Positions 17,083 through 25,887 of a DNA stretch of 64,000 nucleotides are shown here, piece after piece (position 1 is the first letter of the stretch; each line of letters begins with the position of its first letter). The DNA is taken from assembly GCA_963768735.1 (NCBI GenBank), contig CAVYJH010000014.1, positions 22,233 to 86,232 on the forward strand. Direction: 5' to 3'. The notes beneath the pieces are model-generated. The model saw only the letters and a program-made list of their open reading frames with translations. It did no database searches and was not told the DNA's origin. The stretch is from an uncultured delta proteobacterium. Lineage in GTDB: Bacteria > Desulfobacterota > Syntrophorhabdia > Syntrophorhabdales > WCHB1-27. The translations under genes and the position numbers were made by a program.

Positions 17083-18198
17083 ATGAAAATTCTCATTATC
17101 CCCAATACCACCGACACCGTGTGGTTTCACTTGCGTAACAAGCTTCCGGCAGAGTTCCTCGTGAAACGGGGGCACGAAGTGCGGTTCGAGACGGAATTCA
17201 GGTCTTACATGCACCCGGTGTTCGGGAGAAATGTCGATCAGGGACCGCTCTCCTGGGCCGACGTGATAGTCCTTAACCGCCACTATGATGTCGAAGATGA
17301 CGTGCTCAGGCATATTATCGATTACGCAAAAGGGGAGGGCAAGAGGGTTGTCTACGAGACGGACGACCTGCTGGAAGCCCCCAACTGCTCTCATCCGGAG
17401 TACCTGTCGATACGCCGTCACCTTTCTCAAGTGAGGATGCTGGCGGCCGAGGCGGACATCGTCACCACCACCGGCACCGGCCTCAAGGAGAAGTTCGCAC
17501 CCTTCAACCGAAACGTGGTCGCCCTCCCTTACTGTGTCGACCGGGCGAAATGGAAACCGAGAAAGGGGCGCAACGAAAAGGTAAGGGTGGGCTGGCAGGG
17601 ACGGGGCTCGCACCCGGAAGACCTCGTCCTTATTCTCGATGTAGTCAGGGACCTCCAGGGGGAGATCGATTTCGAGTTCGTCATATTCGGTCTAAGCCCC
17701 ATAAAGTGGGAGACCTATGTCCTTACCATGCAGGAGCGGCACGAGAGGGCCTTGGCCCGCCACCCCGAAGATCTGGGCTGGTACGGGAGCATCATAAAGC
17801 TTGACGAGAAGTTGAAAGAATTGAAGTGGAAGCACGAACCCTTCGTTCCTTTTGAGGAATACGGCAGGAGGCTTACAAAGATCAACCTCGATATCGGACT
17901 CTGCCCTCTGGCCGACACCTCCTTTGACCGCACGAAATCGGTGATTAAGTTCTACGAATATGCCATGGCGGGGACGGCGACCCTGGCAAGCGACGTGCTG
18001 CCCTATAGCGGCAAGGTCTCCTGCGTGGCGGAGAATACCTACGACGGCTGGAAGGCGCAATTGGCAGGGTTGATCAGGGATGAGCGTCTCCGCAGGGCCG
18101 TGACCGAAGAGCAGCGCCAATGGGTGCGCACGAACAGGGACATAAGGTCGAACATCCACCTCTGGGAAGAGGCCTACTCCCGGCCCGCAGAACCCTGA
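17083..18198 (+). CDS. Glycosyltransferase-like protein
   Basis: 371 aa. The C-terminal half (KFYEYAMAGTATLASDVLPYSG) resembles GT-B/GT1 nucleotide-sugar-binding domains. The assignment is tentative. Confidence 0.45.
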   Translation: MKILIIPNTTDTVWFHLRNKLPAEFLVKRGHEVRFETEFRSYMHPVFGRNVDQGPLSWADVIVLNRHYDVEDDVLRHIIDYAKGEGKRVVYETDDLLEAPNCSHPEYLSIRRHLSQVRMLAAEADIVTTTGTGLKEKFAPFNRNVVALPYCVDRAKWKPRKGRNEKVRVGWQGRGSHPEDLVLILDVVRDLQGEIDFEFVIFGLSPIKWETYVLTMQERHERALARHPEDLGWYGSIIKLDEKLKELKWKHEPFVPFEEYGRRLTKINLDIGLCPLADTSFDRTKSVIKFYEYAMAGTATLASDVLPYSGKVSCVAENTYDGWKAQLAGLIRDERLRRAVTEEQRQWVRTNRDIRSNIHLWEEAYSRPAEP

Positions 18199-18320
18199 CA
18201 CGCCCGTCAAAAGACAGTTTTGAGTGTTGAGTTTTGGGTTTTGAGTGCAGAGTAGCCTATGGGGTTGATCCCCCAAAACCCAACACGGCCCTTCATCCTC
18301 CCCCGTGGCAGGAATGGACG

Positions 18321-18353
18321 AAAAAAACAGGCAGAGACCTTCGTCTCTGCCTG
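18321..18353 (-). terminator. Rho-independent terminator of PEP-CTERM gene 18383-18985
   Basis: 11-bp stem CAGGCAGAGAC/GTCTCTGCCTG with a 4-nt loop, followed on the minus strand by TTTTTTT. Confidence 0.7.
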
Positions 18354-18382
18354 TTGAAGAACGGAGTAAAGCGTATGTGGTC

Positions 18383-18985
18383 TTACCCCTGGACTCTTTT
18401 CCTGATCCCGAAGAGGCCGAGCAGGCCCGGGGCAAGAAGGAGTGCTGAGGGCGGGACGGGGACGCTGGTCACGTCAAGGCTGACGGCACTTTTGCCGGAT
18501 ACTGGATACGCCTGGGTCTGGTCAACAGACAGGGACCCCGCATAAGGGCCGGTGACGGTAAACTGCGAATTGGAGAGCCCCGAAAGGTCGGAGAACTGGA
18601 TAACCCAGCCGTAGTAGTGGATGGGGCCGCCGGTAGTTTCGAAGTTGGAGACCGTCCCGGTGGCGGTGAAGGATGGGTAGCCGGAGATATCTCCCGTAAA
18701 TGTGGCTGCGCCTGAGGTATTGTTCAATACTATTGTTCCCCCAAGGATCTGCACTGCGTTGCCGATCTGATTTCCCGAGCCATCGTTCCCCAACAAGCTC
18801 CAACTGTTATTTCTTTCGGTGATGGTATATACATTATTACTGGGACCGCTGATGGCGGTTGTCGAGCCACCTGACACGATTGTCTCGGAGGCTGCCATGG
18901 GCATCGCCTTCGCCACTCCCGGTGCGCCTACCAACAGGCCGATTGCCAAAACAAGACCGATTGCACACAAACTAATCTTTTTCAC
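18383..18985 (-). CDS. PEP-CTERM sorting-domain secreted protein
   Basis: GTG start preceded by AAGGAGGA. Signal peptide MKKISLCAIGLVLAIGLLVGAPGVAKA. C-terminus VPVPPSALLLAPGLLGLFGIRKRVQG. Confidence 0.8.
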   Translation of the reverse strand: MKKISLCAIGLVLAIGLLVGAPGVAKAMPMAASETIVSGGSTTAISGPSNNVYTITERNNSWSLLGNDGSGNQIGNAVQILGGTIVLNNTSGAATFTGDISGYPSFTATGTVSNFETTGGPIHYYGWVIQFSDLSGLSNSQFTVTGPYAGSLSVDQTQAYPVSGKSAVSLDVTSVPVPPSALLLAPGLLGLFGIRKRVQG

Positions 18986-19132
18986 GTATCCTCCTTGTAC
19001 TATTCAGATTTGACTGCCGGAAAATGAACTGCCGCGTGACGTTTTTCACCTCCTTCCCTCCGCGTAAGAAAGGTTATTGGCAGCCCGGCCGTCTTTCTGA
19101 ATGGTTCACAAGGTGCATACCAGAGACCCGAT

Positions 19133-19168
19133 GGCTTTCCGCCCCACCGTCGCCGATGGTTTGGCTTT
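19133..19168 (-). promoter_or_regulatory. Conserved 5' leader element, copy 3 of 4 (carries a compensatory stem change)
   Basis: Gene-sense AAAGCCAAACCATCGGCGACGGTGGGGCGGAAAGCC. The stem is CCATCG/CGGTGG with loop GCGA. Confidence 0.6.
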
Positions 19169-19180
19169 ATCAACTGAGAG

Positions 19181-19209
19181 AGTATACTATGGTCATTACA
19201 CATTGTCAA
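19181..19209 (-). promoter_or_regulatory. sigma70-like promoter of PEP-CTERM gene 18383-18985
   Basis: Gene-sense TTGACA-N17-TATACT, preceded by an A-rich tract. Confidence 0.5.
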
Positions 19210-19486
19210 ACAAATTCGTCAGACGTTTTTATTTTTTTTCGCGAAGCATCGGCGCAACACCGACGTCCATGGTCCAAAGCTGCTCTCAGAGCCGTTTTCC
19301 CCTTTCTCTTCGCTCCATCCGGGCAGCCTGCTTGCCTGAAGATGTATGATAAGGTAGTACAATTAGTGTCATGCCTTTGCATACTGTATGACGCAAGATT
19401 GTCCTCACCGGCCCTCCGGCCATCGCGCCCGGCCCTCCGGTGTCGTATACTTACAGGGTAATTAATTACGCGTGTAAGGACGCGCC

Positions 19487-20716
19487 ATGGAAGATCAACA
19501 GAAGGACAGGGACCAGCTCGTGAGAGAGATGGAGTCGCTCCGCGACAGCATACGCCATCTGGAGACGTTGAACGCCTCGCGCCTGGAGGCAGAGAAAGGG
19601 CTTCTCGAAACTGAAAGGCTCTATCAGGCAGTGGTCGAGAGCGTCGCCGACGGCATTGCGATCACCAGGAAGACGGAAAGGGTTTTTGTGAATCAGGCTT
19701 TCCTCGCCATTCATGGTCTCCGGGATGCTTCGGAGGTCGTGGGCCACCCCCTCGATCAGTTCGTCTTGCCGGAAGACCTGCAGGCAGTAAAGGAGCGGGT
19801 CCTGGCGAGGCAGAGAGGCGAGTCTCTGGACGAACTCGTTGAATACAGGATCCGAAGGCCCGACGGAGAGGTACGCACGGTACAGGCCTCGGTGGTCAGG
19901 ATCGCTTACAAGGGGCAGCCTGCCACCCTGGCCGTCATCCGGGACATCACGGCGATAAAGCGCGCGGAGACGGAAATCATGAGACTCAATGGAGAGCTCG
20001 AACGGAAAGTCCTCGATCTGAGGAATGCCAATGATGAGCTGGAGGCTTTCAACCTGACGGTTTCCCATGATCTGCGTACGCCGCTCATGGTCATAGGCGG
20101 GTTTGCTGACAGGGTCGAAAAGAAGTACGGCCGGGACCTTGACGGGAAGTTCATTGAGCACATGGGTATTATTCAGGAGAGCGCACGAAAGATGGAGCAG
20201 CTTATCGACCATCTGCTGGCCTACTCGAGGCTCGGCAAACAGGCGCTTCGAAGGGCGTCGGTGCCCTTGGACGGACTGGTCCGGTCCGTTGTAGAGGAGC
20301 TGAGGAGGATCTATCCCGAAGGGGAGGTGACGATCTCTCCCCTTGCCCCTTGCACCGGCGACGAGGGCCTGCTGCGCCAGGTGTTTGCCAACCTCCTTTC
20401 CAACGCTTTCAAGTTCTCCAGTCACAGGCCAGGGGGCAGGATCGAGGTCGGATGCGTGGAACATGCAAGGGAAAACGTCTACTTCGTCAAAGACAACGGC
20501 GCCGGCTTCGACATGCGGCAGAAAGACAGACTGTTCGGTGTCTTCCAGAGACTCCACTCGCAGGAGGAATTTGGCGGGAACGGGATGGGCCTAGCTATCG
20601 TGAAGAGGATTGTCGGCCTCCATGGGGGGAGGGTGTGGGCCGAAGGCGAGCCCGACAAGGGGGCCACCTTCTATGTCGCCTTGCCAAAGGTACCGGAGGC
20701 ACCGCAACCCGCGTAG
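19487..20716 (+). CDS. PAS-domain sensor histidine kinase (cytoplasmic)
   Basis: Coiled coil + PAS (YQAVVESVADGIAI), H-box SHDLRTPL, and N/G1/G2 boxes (LLSNAFKF, VKDNGAGF, GNGMGLAIV). Confidence 0.85.
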   Translation: MEDQQKDRDQLVREMESLRDSIRHLETLNASRLEAEKGLLETERLYQAVVESVADGIAITRKTERVFVNQAFLAIHGLRDASEVVGHPLDQFVLPEDLQAVKERVLARQRGESLDELVEYRIRRPDGEVRTVQASVVRIAYKGQPATLAVIRDITAIKRAETEIMRLNGELERKVLDLRNANDELEAFNLTVSHDLRTPLMVIGGFADRVEKKYGRDLDGKFIEHMGIIQESARKMEQLIDHLLAYSRLGKQALRRASVPLDGLVRSVVEELRRIYPEGEVTISPLAPCTGDEGLLRQVFANLLSNAFKFSSHRPGGRIEVGCVEHARENVYFVKDNGAGFDMRQKDRLFGVFQRLHSQEEFGGNGMGLAIVKRIVGLHGGRVWAEGEPDKGATFYVALPKVPEAPQPA

Positions 20717-20717
20717 C

Positions 20718-20918
20718 TTCTCTATAGTCGGCCGGCCAACGGCATGGTCGGAATCGCGATCTGCGGCGCCCTGCTGCGGTCGTGAGGCTACGCCGTACGT
20801 CCAGTACGGCTCCGCTCAACGATCCTCGCAGGGCATCCACATCTCATCGATTCCGATCATGCCGTCGTCCACCCGATCCGGCATCGAGTACAACCATAAT
20901 CGATGCCGGAATTAACGG
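20718..20918 (+). repeat. MITE/REP-like repeat abutting the kinase stop codon, with an internal ~113-nt insert
   Basis: 20718-20767 plus 20882-20918 are collinear with the reverse complement of 23425-23512. The insert contains an inverted partial copy of the arm (20846-20867). Confidence 0.45.
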
Positions 20919-21046
20919 AGCGTAAGGTGAATTTTCAGGGTCCGAATCGGTGAGTGCCCCTTTTGCCCAATATCTGCACCGCCTCTCTACCTCCCGCCCC
21001 TCGAAGAGTAGGCTCCTTCTCTTACTCTCTCCCCTTGGGGAGAGGG

Positions 21047-22285
21047 CAGGGCAAGCGCATTTGAAAACTATCTAACTAATAGAAATTTCTAGACATTTGA
21101 TGATATATATGCTATCTACCTGAAACTATTAACGTTATTAGGTGGAGGGCATGCATGGATAAAGGGAACTCGATCAGTGACTTCTTTTCGGACCTCACCG
21201 AACCTCGGGACTCAAATAAGAGACACAAGCTCATCGACATTATTACCATAGCCCTGTGCGCGGTGATCTGCGGCGCCGATACGTGGGAAGATATAGAGGA
21301 GTTCGGTGATACCAAAAGGGAGTGGTTTGAGCGGTTTCTCGAATTACCTCACGGCATTCCCGGTCACGATACTTTTGCCAGGGTCTTTGCGAGCATGAAC
21401 CCCAAAGAGTTCCAGCAGGCCTTTCTCAGATGGGTAGAAGCTGTGCAGACAGTGACGAAGCGGATTGTCGCCATAGATGGAAAGACGCTGCGTCGCTCAT
21501 ACGAGAAGAACAAATCCCCAATTCACCTGGTCAGCGCCTGGGCCGTGGAGAACAAGATGGTCTTGGGACAGGTCAAGACCAGGGAGAAGTCGAACGAGAT
21601 TACCGCTATCCCGGAACTGCTTTCGGTCCTGGAGCTGGGAGGGTGCATAGTGACTATTGACGCCATGGGGTGCCAGAAGGAAATCGTCAAGACGATTATC
21701 GGCAAGGGCGCAGACTATGTGCTTGGCCTGAAGGGGAACCAGGGAGCGCTCCATGACGACGTGAAGCTCTACTTCGAGGATTGTCTGGCATCAGGGTTCA
21801 AGGACATCGAATACGATTACCACGAAACCATCGATGGCGACCATGGGAGGATTGAGACAAGACGGTACTGGACCACCTCCGATATCGACTGGCTGCCGGA
21901 CAGGGCGCTCTGGAAAAACCTCTCATCCATCGTCATGGTGCAGAGGGAACGGTATGTAAACGGCACAACAAGCATGGAGGCGAGCTATTATGTGACAAGC
22001 CTCAAGAGCGATGCCGAACATGTTGCTCGGGCAGTGCGGGGCCACTGGGGCATCGAGAACAGCCTTCACTGGGTGCTCGACATCGCCTTCCGGGAAGACG
22101 AATCACGGATACGGAAGGACAACGCCCCTGCCAATTTCGCTATCATACGACATATGGCGCTCAATCTCTTGAGAAAAGAAACCTCCCTCAGAAGGAGCAT
22201 AAAGACAAAAAGGCTTAAGGCCGGATGGGATACAGACTACCTTGCCAGGATACTCAGGGGGTAGTTTTCAAATGCGCTTGCCCTG
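21047..22285 (+). mobile_element. ISAs1-family insertion sequence
   Basis: 24-bp perfect terminal inverted repeats CAGGGCAAGCGCATTTGAAAACTA (21047-21070 / 22262-22285), flanked by the 10-bp direct repeat GGGGAGAGGG (21037-21046 / 22286-22295). Confidence 0.85.
21155..22264 (+). CDS. ISAs1-family transposase (H-repeat-associated protein type)
   Basis: FSDLTEPRDSNKRHKLIDIITIALCAVICGADTWEDIEEFG...IDAMGCQKEI...HWGIENSLHWVLDIAFREDESR, the typical ISAs1/DDE_Tnp_1-associated signature. Confidence 0.9.
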   Translation: MDKGNSISDFFSDLTEPRDSNKRHKLIDIITIALCAVICGADTWEDIEEFGDTKREWFERFLELPHGIPGHDTFARVFASMNPKEFQQAFLRWVEAVQTVTKRIVAIDGKTLRRSYEKNKSPIHLVSAWAVENKMVLGQVKTREKSNEITAIPELLSVLELGGCIVTIDAMGCQKEIVKTIIGKGADYVLGLKGNQGALHDDVKLYFEDCLASGFKDIEYDYHETIDGDHGRIETRRYWTTSDIDWLPDRALWKNLSSIVMVQRERYVNGTTSMEASYYVTSLKSDAEHVARAVRGHWGIENSLHWVLDIAFREDESRIRKDNAPANFAIIRHMALNLLRKETSLRRSIKTKRLKAGWDTDYLARILRG

Positions 22286-22415
22286 GGGGAGAGGGTAGGG
22301 GGTAAGACAGGCATCAACCCGACACTTTCCATTCATGAGGCTAACTTACTGTAACAAACGAAAAGGCTCGTTCGCTAAAAGTGCACGCCTACCGGCGGTA
22401 ATCAATAGTACGCGC

Positions 22416-22450
22416 AAAAGAGGGCAGGGTCGTTTGCTGACCCTGCCCTC
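22416..22450 (-). terminator. Rho-independent terminator of PEP-CTERM gene 22471-23061
   Basis: 12-bp stem GAGGGCAGGGTC/GACCCTGCCCTC followed on the minus strand by TTTTG. Confidence 0.65.
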
Positions 22451-22470
22451 TCGATAAATCGGACTTCAAA

Positions 22471-23061
22471 CTACTTCTTGAACCGTTTCCTGATTACAGC
22501 AAGACCCGCCAGCCCGGGACCGAAAAGGAGCATGGCGGACGGGAGCGGAACCGCGGGGAAACCCGTGACTGTATAAGAAATGACCTCGGGCGACGAGCCG
22601 ATAGGCGACGTATTGTTGAAGGCAAGGAGGAGCGAATTCCCGGTCGGTACGACCACCTGAAAACTGTAAGTCTCACCAGGAGTGTTCGGGCTCATCCCTG
22701 GATCGCCCAGGTAGTTATGAGAGAGATTGTTCACGTCAAAGCTGTTCAGATAGGCCACTACGAAGGGAGCAGCCTGCACGCCGGAGACAAGGTTGTAGCT
22801 AATCTCCACGTCTTCCAGGGATCCCGGGGTAAAACTCACGGTCCTGAAATAGGTGGGGGACTGAGGCAGGGTCCCTGGAAAGGGCTTGGGGGAGGCCCAG
22901 GTGCTGGCAATTCCATTACGATCAACCCGGACACTGCCTACGAGCGACTCGGTACCGTCCAGGGTAACCGTACCCGAACCGATCGGGGCGGACCACACCG
23001 GAGAGACAGCCGGCAGAACCAGCGCAAAACCGAAGAGCAGAGCACAGATCAACCTTCTCAT
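22471..23061 (-). CDS. PEP-CTERM sorting-domain secreted protein
   Basis: Signal peptide MRRLICALLFGFALVLPAVSPVWSA. C-terminus VPLPSAMLLFGPGLAGLAVIRKRFKK. AGGAGGA lies upstream of the ATG. Confidence 0.8.
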   Translation of the reverse strand: MRRLICALLFGFALVLPAVSPVWSAPIGSGTVTLDGTESLVGSVRVDRNGIASTWASPKPFPGTLPQSPTYFRTVSFTPGSLEDVEISYNLVSGVQAAPFVVAYLNSFDVNNLSHNYLGDPGMSPNTPGETYSFQVVVPTGNSLLLAFNNTSPIGSSPEVISYTVTGFPAVPLPSAMLLFGPGLAGLAVIRKRFKK

Positions 23062-23149
23062 TGCATATCCTCCTGTTTTGAAAGATTATACTCTGGGAGC
23101 CAGGCTGTCTTCGGGGCCCCTTACGGACCCGATTAACGCAAGACCCTTC

Positions 23150-23185
23150 GGCTTTCCGTCCCACCCTCGCGGATGGTTTGGCTTT
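23150..23185 (-). promoter_or_regulatory. Conserved 5' leader element, copy 4 of 4
   Basis: Gene-sense AAAGCCAAACCATCCGCGAGGGTGGGACGGAAAGCC. Its hairpin and flanks are identical to those of copy 1. Confidence 0.6.
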
Positions 23186-23203
23186 CGCAGATTGTTTGAG
23201 TAT

Positions 23204-23230
23204 GTTATACCGTGAAGCACAAGATGTCAA
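23204..23230 (-). promoter_or_regulatory. sigma70-like promoter of PEP-CTERM gene 22471-23061
   Basis: Gene-sense TTGACA-N15-TATAAC. Confidence 0.5.
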
Positions 23231-23424
23231 GAAAAACTGTACAGGTTTCAAAAGATTCCTCTCGCTTTCCCATAATATTCTTCACTCGCCAGAGCAGCCA
23301 GTATGCGTGGACTCGTAGGTGCTTGTGCTTACCTGCCTGCCCTTTGTGTTCCAGGGGCCTTTTTCAGAAACAATCGGGGAGAACGGCTTAGGATAGTGGC
23401 TCTCCCAATTCGCCTCTTACCCAT

Positions 23425-23512
23425 CTAACTTCCGGTATCGATCATGGTTGTGCTCGATGCCGAAGATCGCGATTCCGAGCATGCCGATTGGCTGGCCGAC
23501 TGGAGAAGAGTG
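23425..23512 (-). repeat. MITE/REP-like repeat abutting the response-regulator stop codon (inverted partner of 20718-20918)
   Basis: Its reverse complement reads ...CAGTCGGCCAGCCAATCGGCATGCTCGGAATCGCGATCTTCGGCATCGAGCACAACCATGATCGATACCGGAAGTTA, collinear with the 20.7-kb copy. Confidence 0.45.
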
Positions 23513-23517
23513 ATAGA

Positions 23518-24165
23518 CTATTTGTTCACGCGGAAGGAGCCTTCCAGGGCAATGCGGACCAGCTGGCTGCGCGTGCGGACGCCGGTCTTGTAGAACAACT
23601 GCTGGAGCGTGGCCTTCACCGAGGTCTCCGACACATGTAGTTTTGCCGCGATTTCCTTGTTTGTCAGCCCCTCGAACACGCCCCTCAGCACCTGCTCCTC
23701 CCGCAGGGTGAGGCTCCGCGGCAGGCTCTGCCGGTCTCCCCCTTGCAGGAACCTGGCGGCCATCTGCCGGATAACCTTCTCATCGACCCACATCTCTCCC
23801 CTTGCCACCGCCCTGATCGCGTTTGCGAGGATCCCCGGAGAGCTGGTTTTCAGGACAATGCCCGATGCGCCGAGCTTGAGCGCAACAGAAGATTCGGTCG
23901 CGTTCATGCCGGCGGTGACCATGAGTATCTTGCCCGCATAGCCGGTAGCGCGCGCCGATGATATGAAATGGTTTCCCTGCTCGTCCCCGAGGTCGAAGTC
24001 GAGAAGGAGCACGTCGATCAGAGAGCGGCCGAGCACCATCAGCGCCTCGGCTGTGGTGCTGCACTGGGCGACCATCTCAAAATCGGGCTCCGACGCGAGC
24101 AGGCGGGCCAGGCCTTCCCGGAACAGCACGTGGTCGTCGAGTAGTAAAAGCCTTAGGCGCTCCAT
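23518..24165 (-). CDS. LuxR/NarL-family response regulator
   Basis: Start taken at MERLRLLLLDDHVLFREGL (the track ORF extends further upstream without support). Receiver domain plus a GerE-type HTH (LTNKEIAAKLHVSETSVKATL). Confidence 0.85.
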   Translation of the reverse strand: MERLRLLLLDDHVLFREGLARLLASEPDFEMVAQCSTTAEALMVLGRSLIDVLLLDFDLGDEQGNHFISSARATGYAGKILMVTAGMNATESSVALKLGASGIVLKTSSPGILANAIRAVARGEMWVDEKVIRQMAARFLQGGDRQSLPRSLTLREEQVLRGVFEGLTNKEIAAKLHVSETSVKATLQQLFYKTGVRTRSQLVRIALEGSFRVNK

Positions 24166-24175
24166 TTTAGCCCGC

Positions 24176-25582
24176 TTACCCGTTATCCGTATCGGCCGCA
24201 CTGACGGCCAGCTCAATGACGAAACAACACCCGCGCGCCTCCGGTTCATAGCGGAGGTCGCCGCCGAAAGACCGGACAAAGGCGCGGGAGAGAAACAACC
24301 CCAGGCCCGTTGCATCGGCGCCCTTTTGCAGGGGTTGAAACAGCTTCTCCGTAGGTGCGATACCCGGCCCGGTGTCGCACACCCTCACGGAGACAACCCC
24401 GTGCTCCACGCCGACGGAGATGTCGATTCTCTTCAGGTCCGCCCCTTCCAGAGCGCGTCGGCTGTTTTTTGCGAGGTTGAGGAAGACCTGCAGCAGGCTG
24501 TGACGATCGGTCCAGACAGAGGGCAGCTTTTCGGGTATGCTCCAGGTCACCGTGATGTCCGACTCCGCGCAATAAGGCTCCAGCACGATGCGGGCCTCTT
24601 CGAGGATCTCCGCAAGATCGACGATCTTCGCCTCGAAACCGCCCGTGCTCTTCCGCAGTTCCAGAGACGCGATCTTGTTCAGCGCCTCCACCAGGGAGCC
24701 GAGGGCCTCGAAGTCCTGGTTATTCCTGAAGTCCCCGCTCCGTACGAGGTTCTCATAGATGACGGCGATAGCGCTACAGACGTTTCTCACCTCATGGGAA
24801 ACGGCCCCCACGAGGATGCGCGACCCCGCCATAAGCTGCTCGAAGCCGTATTCCGCGCGATCCCTCAAGTCCTCGGAGGCGTCTACCACCAGGGCGGCCA
24901 GACGGGGACCCAAAGCCGTTTTATAGGTGGAAAAGAAGACGTTGGCCGGAAAGATGTCGCCGTTGTCCCTTGTCCCGCGACACTGCATCTCCGTCCGGAA
25001 GGCCTGACCCGTCTCCTCCACCGACGGCACGCGGGAAAGGGCCGGCACATACCGGAAGATATTCCTTCCCATCAGCTCTCCGCCGTCAACCCCAAAGAGC
25101 TGATGGGCAGACGAATTGGCGATGAGGATCTCCCCGCTCGCGCTCATGACCAGAATGGCGACGGGGCTGGTCTGGATGAGGAATTGGAGCTGCTCTTCCG
25201 CCTCGCGCCTCGCGGCGACTTCCTCTTCCACCTTGCGGCGGCTCTCCATTTCCAACAGGCGGTTCACCGTCATCTGATAGGAGAATAGTCCCATGCCGAC
25301 GAGGGCGATGAAGAGCAGCACGTCCTGGGGCAGGGCAGTGGCCGGCACAAAAGTGAAGGGATCGAAGATTTCGGCGAGGACCGTACAGAAGACTGCGGTC
25401 AGGGCGATTTGCCAGTAGGAAAGGACACACCCGACCAGGAGCATGGGGAAGACATAGAGGAAGCCGAAATAGGCGTTGACAGGGTTTCGCCAGTCGACCA
25501 GGGCGATAACCGCAATGAGCGCGGCGGCGGCGGCAAGCATGGCGCGGGGGGTCCGGGCCGGGTAAGGTAAGAGCGGTTTCAT
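24176..25582 (-). CDS. Membrane sensor histidine kinase (TM region + PAS + HisKA + HATPase)
   Basis: N-terminal hydrophobic helices, PAS (LIQTSPVAILVMSASGEILIANSSAHQLFG), H-box SHEVRNV, G-boxes DTGPGI and GLGLFLSRAF. Forms an operon with the regulator at 23518-24165. Confidence 0.85.
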   Translation of the reverse strand: MKPLLPYPARTPRAMLAAAAALIAVIALVDWRNPVNAYFGFLYVFPMLLVGCVLSYWQIALTAVFCTVLAEIFDPFTFVPATALPQDVLLFIALVGMGLFSYQMTVNRLLEMESRRKVEEEVAARREAEEQLQFLIQTSPVAILVMSASGEILIANSSAHQLFGVDGGELMGRNIFRYVPALSRVPSVEETGQAFRTEMQCRGTRDNGDIFPANVFFSTYKTALGPRLAALVVDASEDLRDRAEYGFEQLMAGSRILVGAVSHEVRNVCSAIAVIYENLVRSGDFRNNQDFEALGSLVEALNKIASLELRKSTGGFEAKIVDLAEILEEARIVLEPYCAESDITVTWSIPEKLPSVWTDRHSLLQVFLNLAKNSRRALEGADLKRIDISVGVEHGVVSVRVCDTGPGIAPTEKLFQPLQKGADATGLGLFLSRAFVRSFGGDLRYEPEARGCCFVIELAVSAADTDNG

Positions 25583-25887
25583 GGCTGTTCCCCCTGGAGC
25601 GACCGCCTGCAGGGATTTCTCGTCATCGACGCCACGTCCTTAATTATTAACCGTCCCATAATCCGCTACATCCCCGGCTCAGGACCTGCCGCGTCGGGCC
25701 TATTCCGATGGAAGTCGGAATCCGGGGCACGATAAGGATTATGAGACCAACCAATATCAAAGAGTATACCGCGAAAAGGGACAATTTTGGAGTTCTTCTT
25801 ACAAAAGGAACGACTTTTTTCGTGGGGCGCCATCGGTTTCGGCCCCACCTGCGACGTCCCTCCGGTAATTTACGGGGAGGCGGCCGT

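Noticed and set aside
19466-20557. 363-aa minus-strand ORF
   Set aside because: Antisense to the PAS histidine kinase. No motifs.
23963-25288. 441-aa plus-strand ORF
   Set aside because: Antisense to the histidine kinase and response regulator, which have unambiguous domain motifs.
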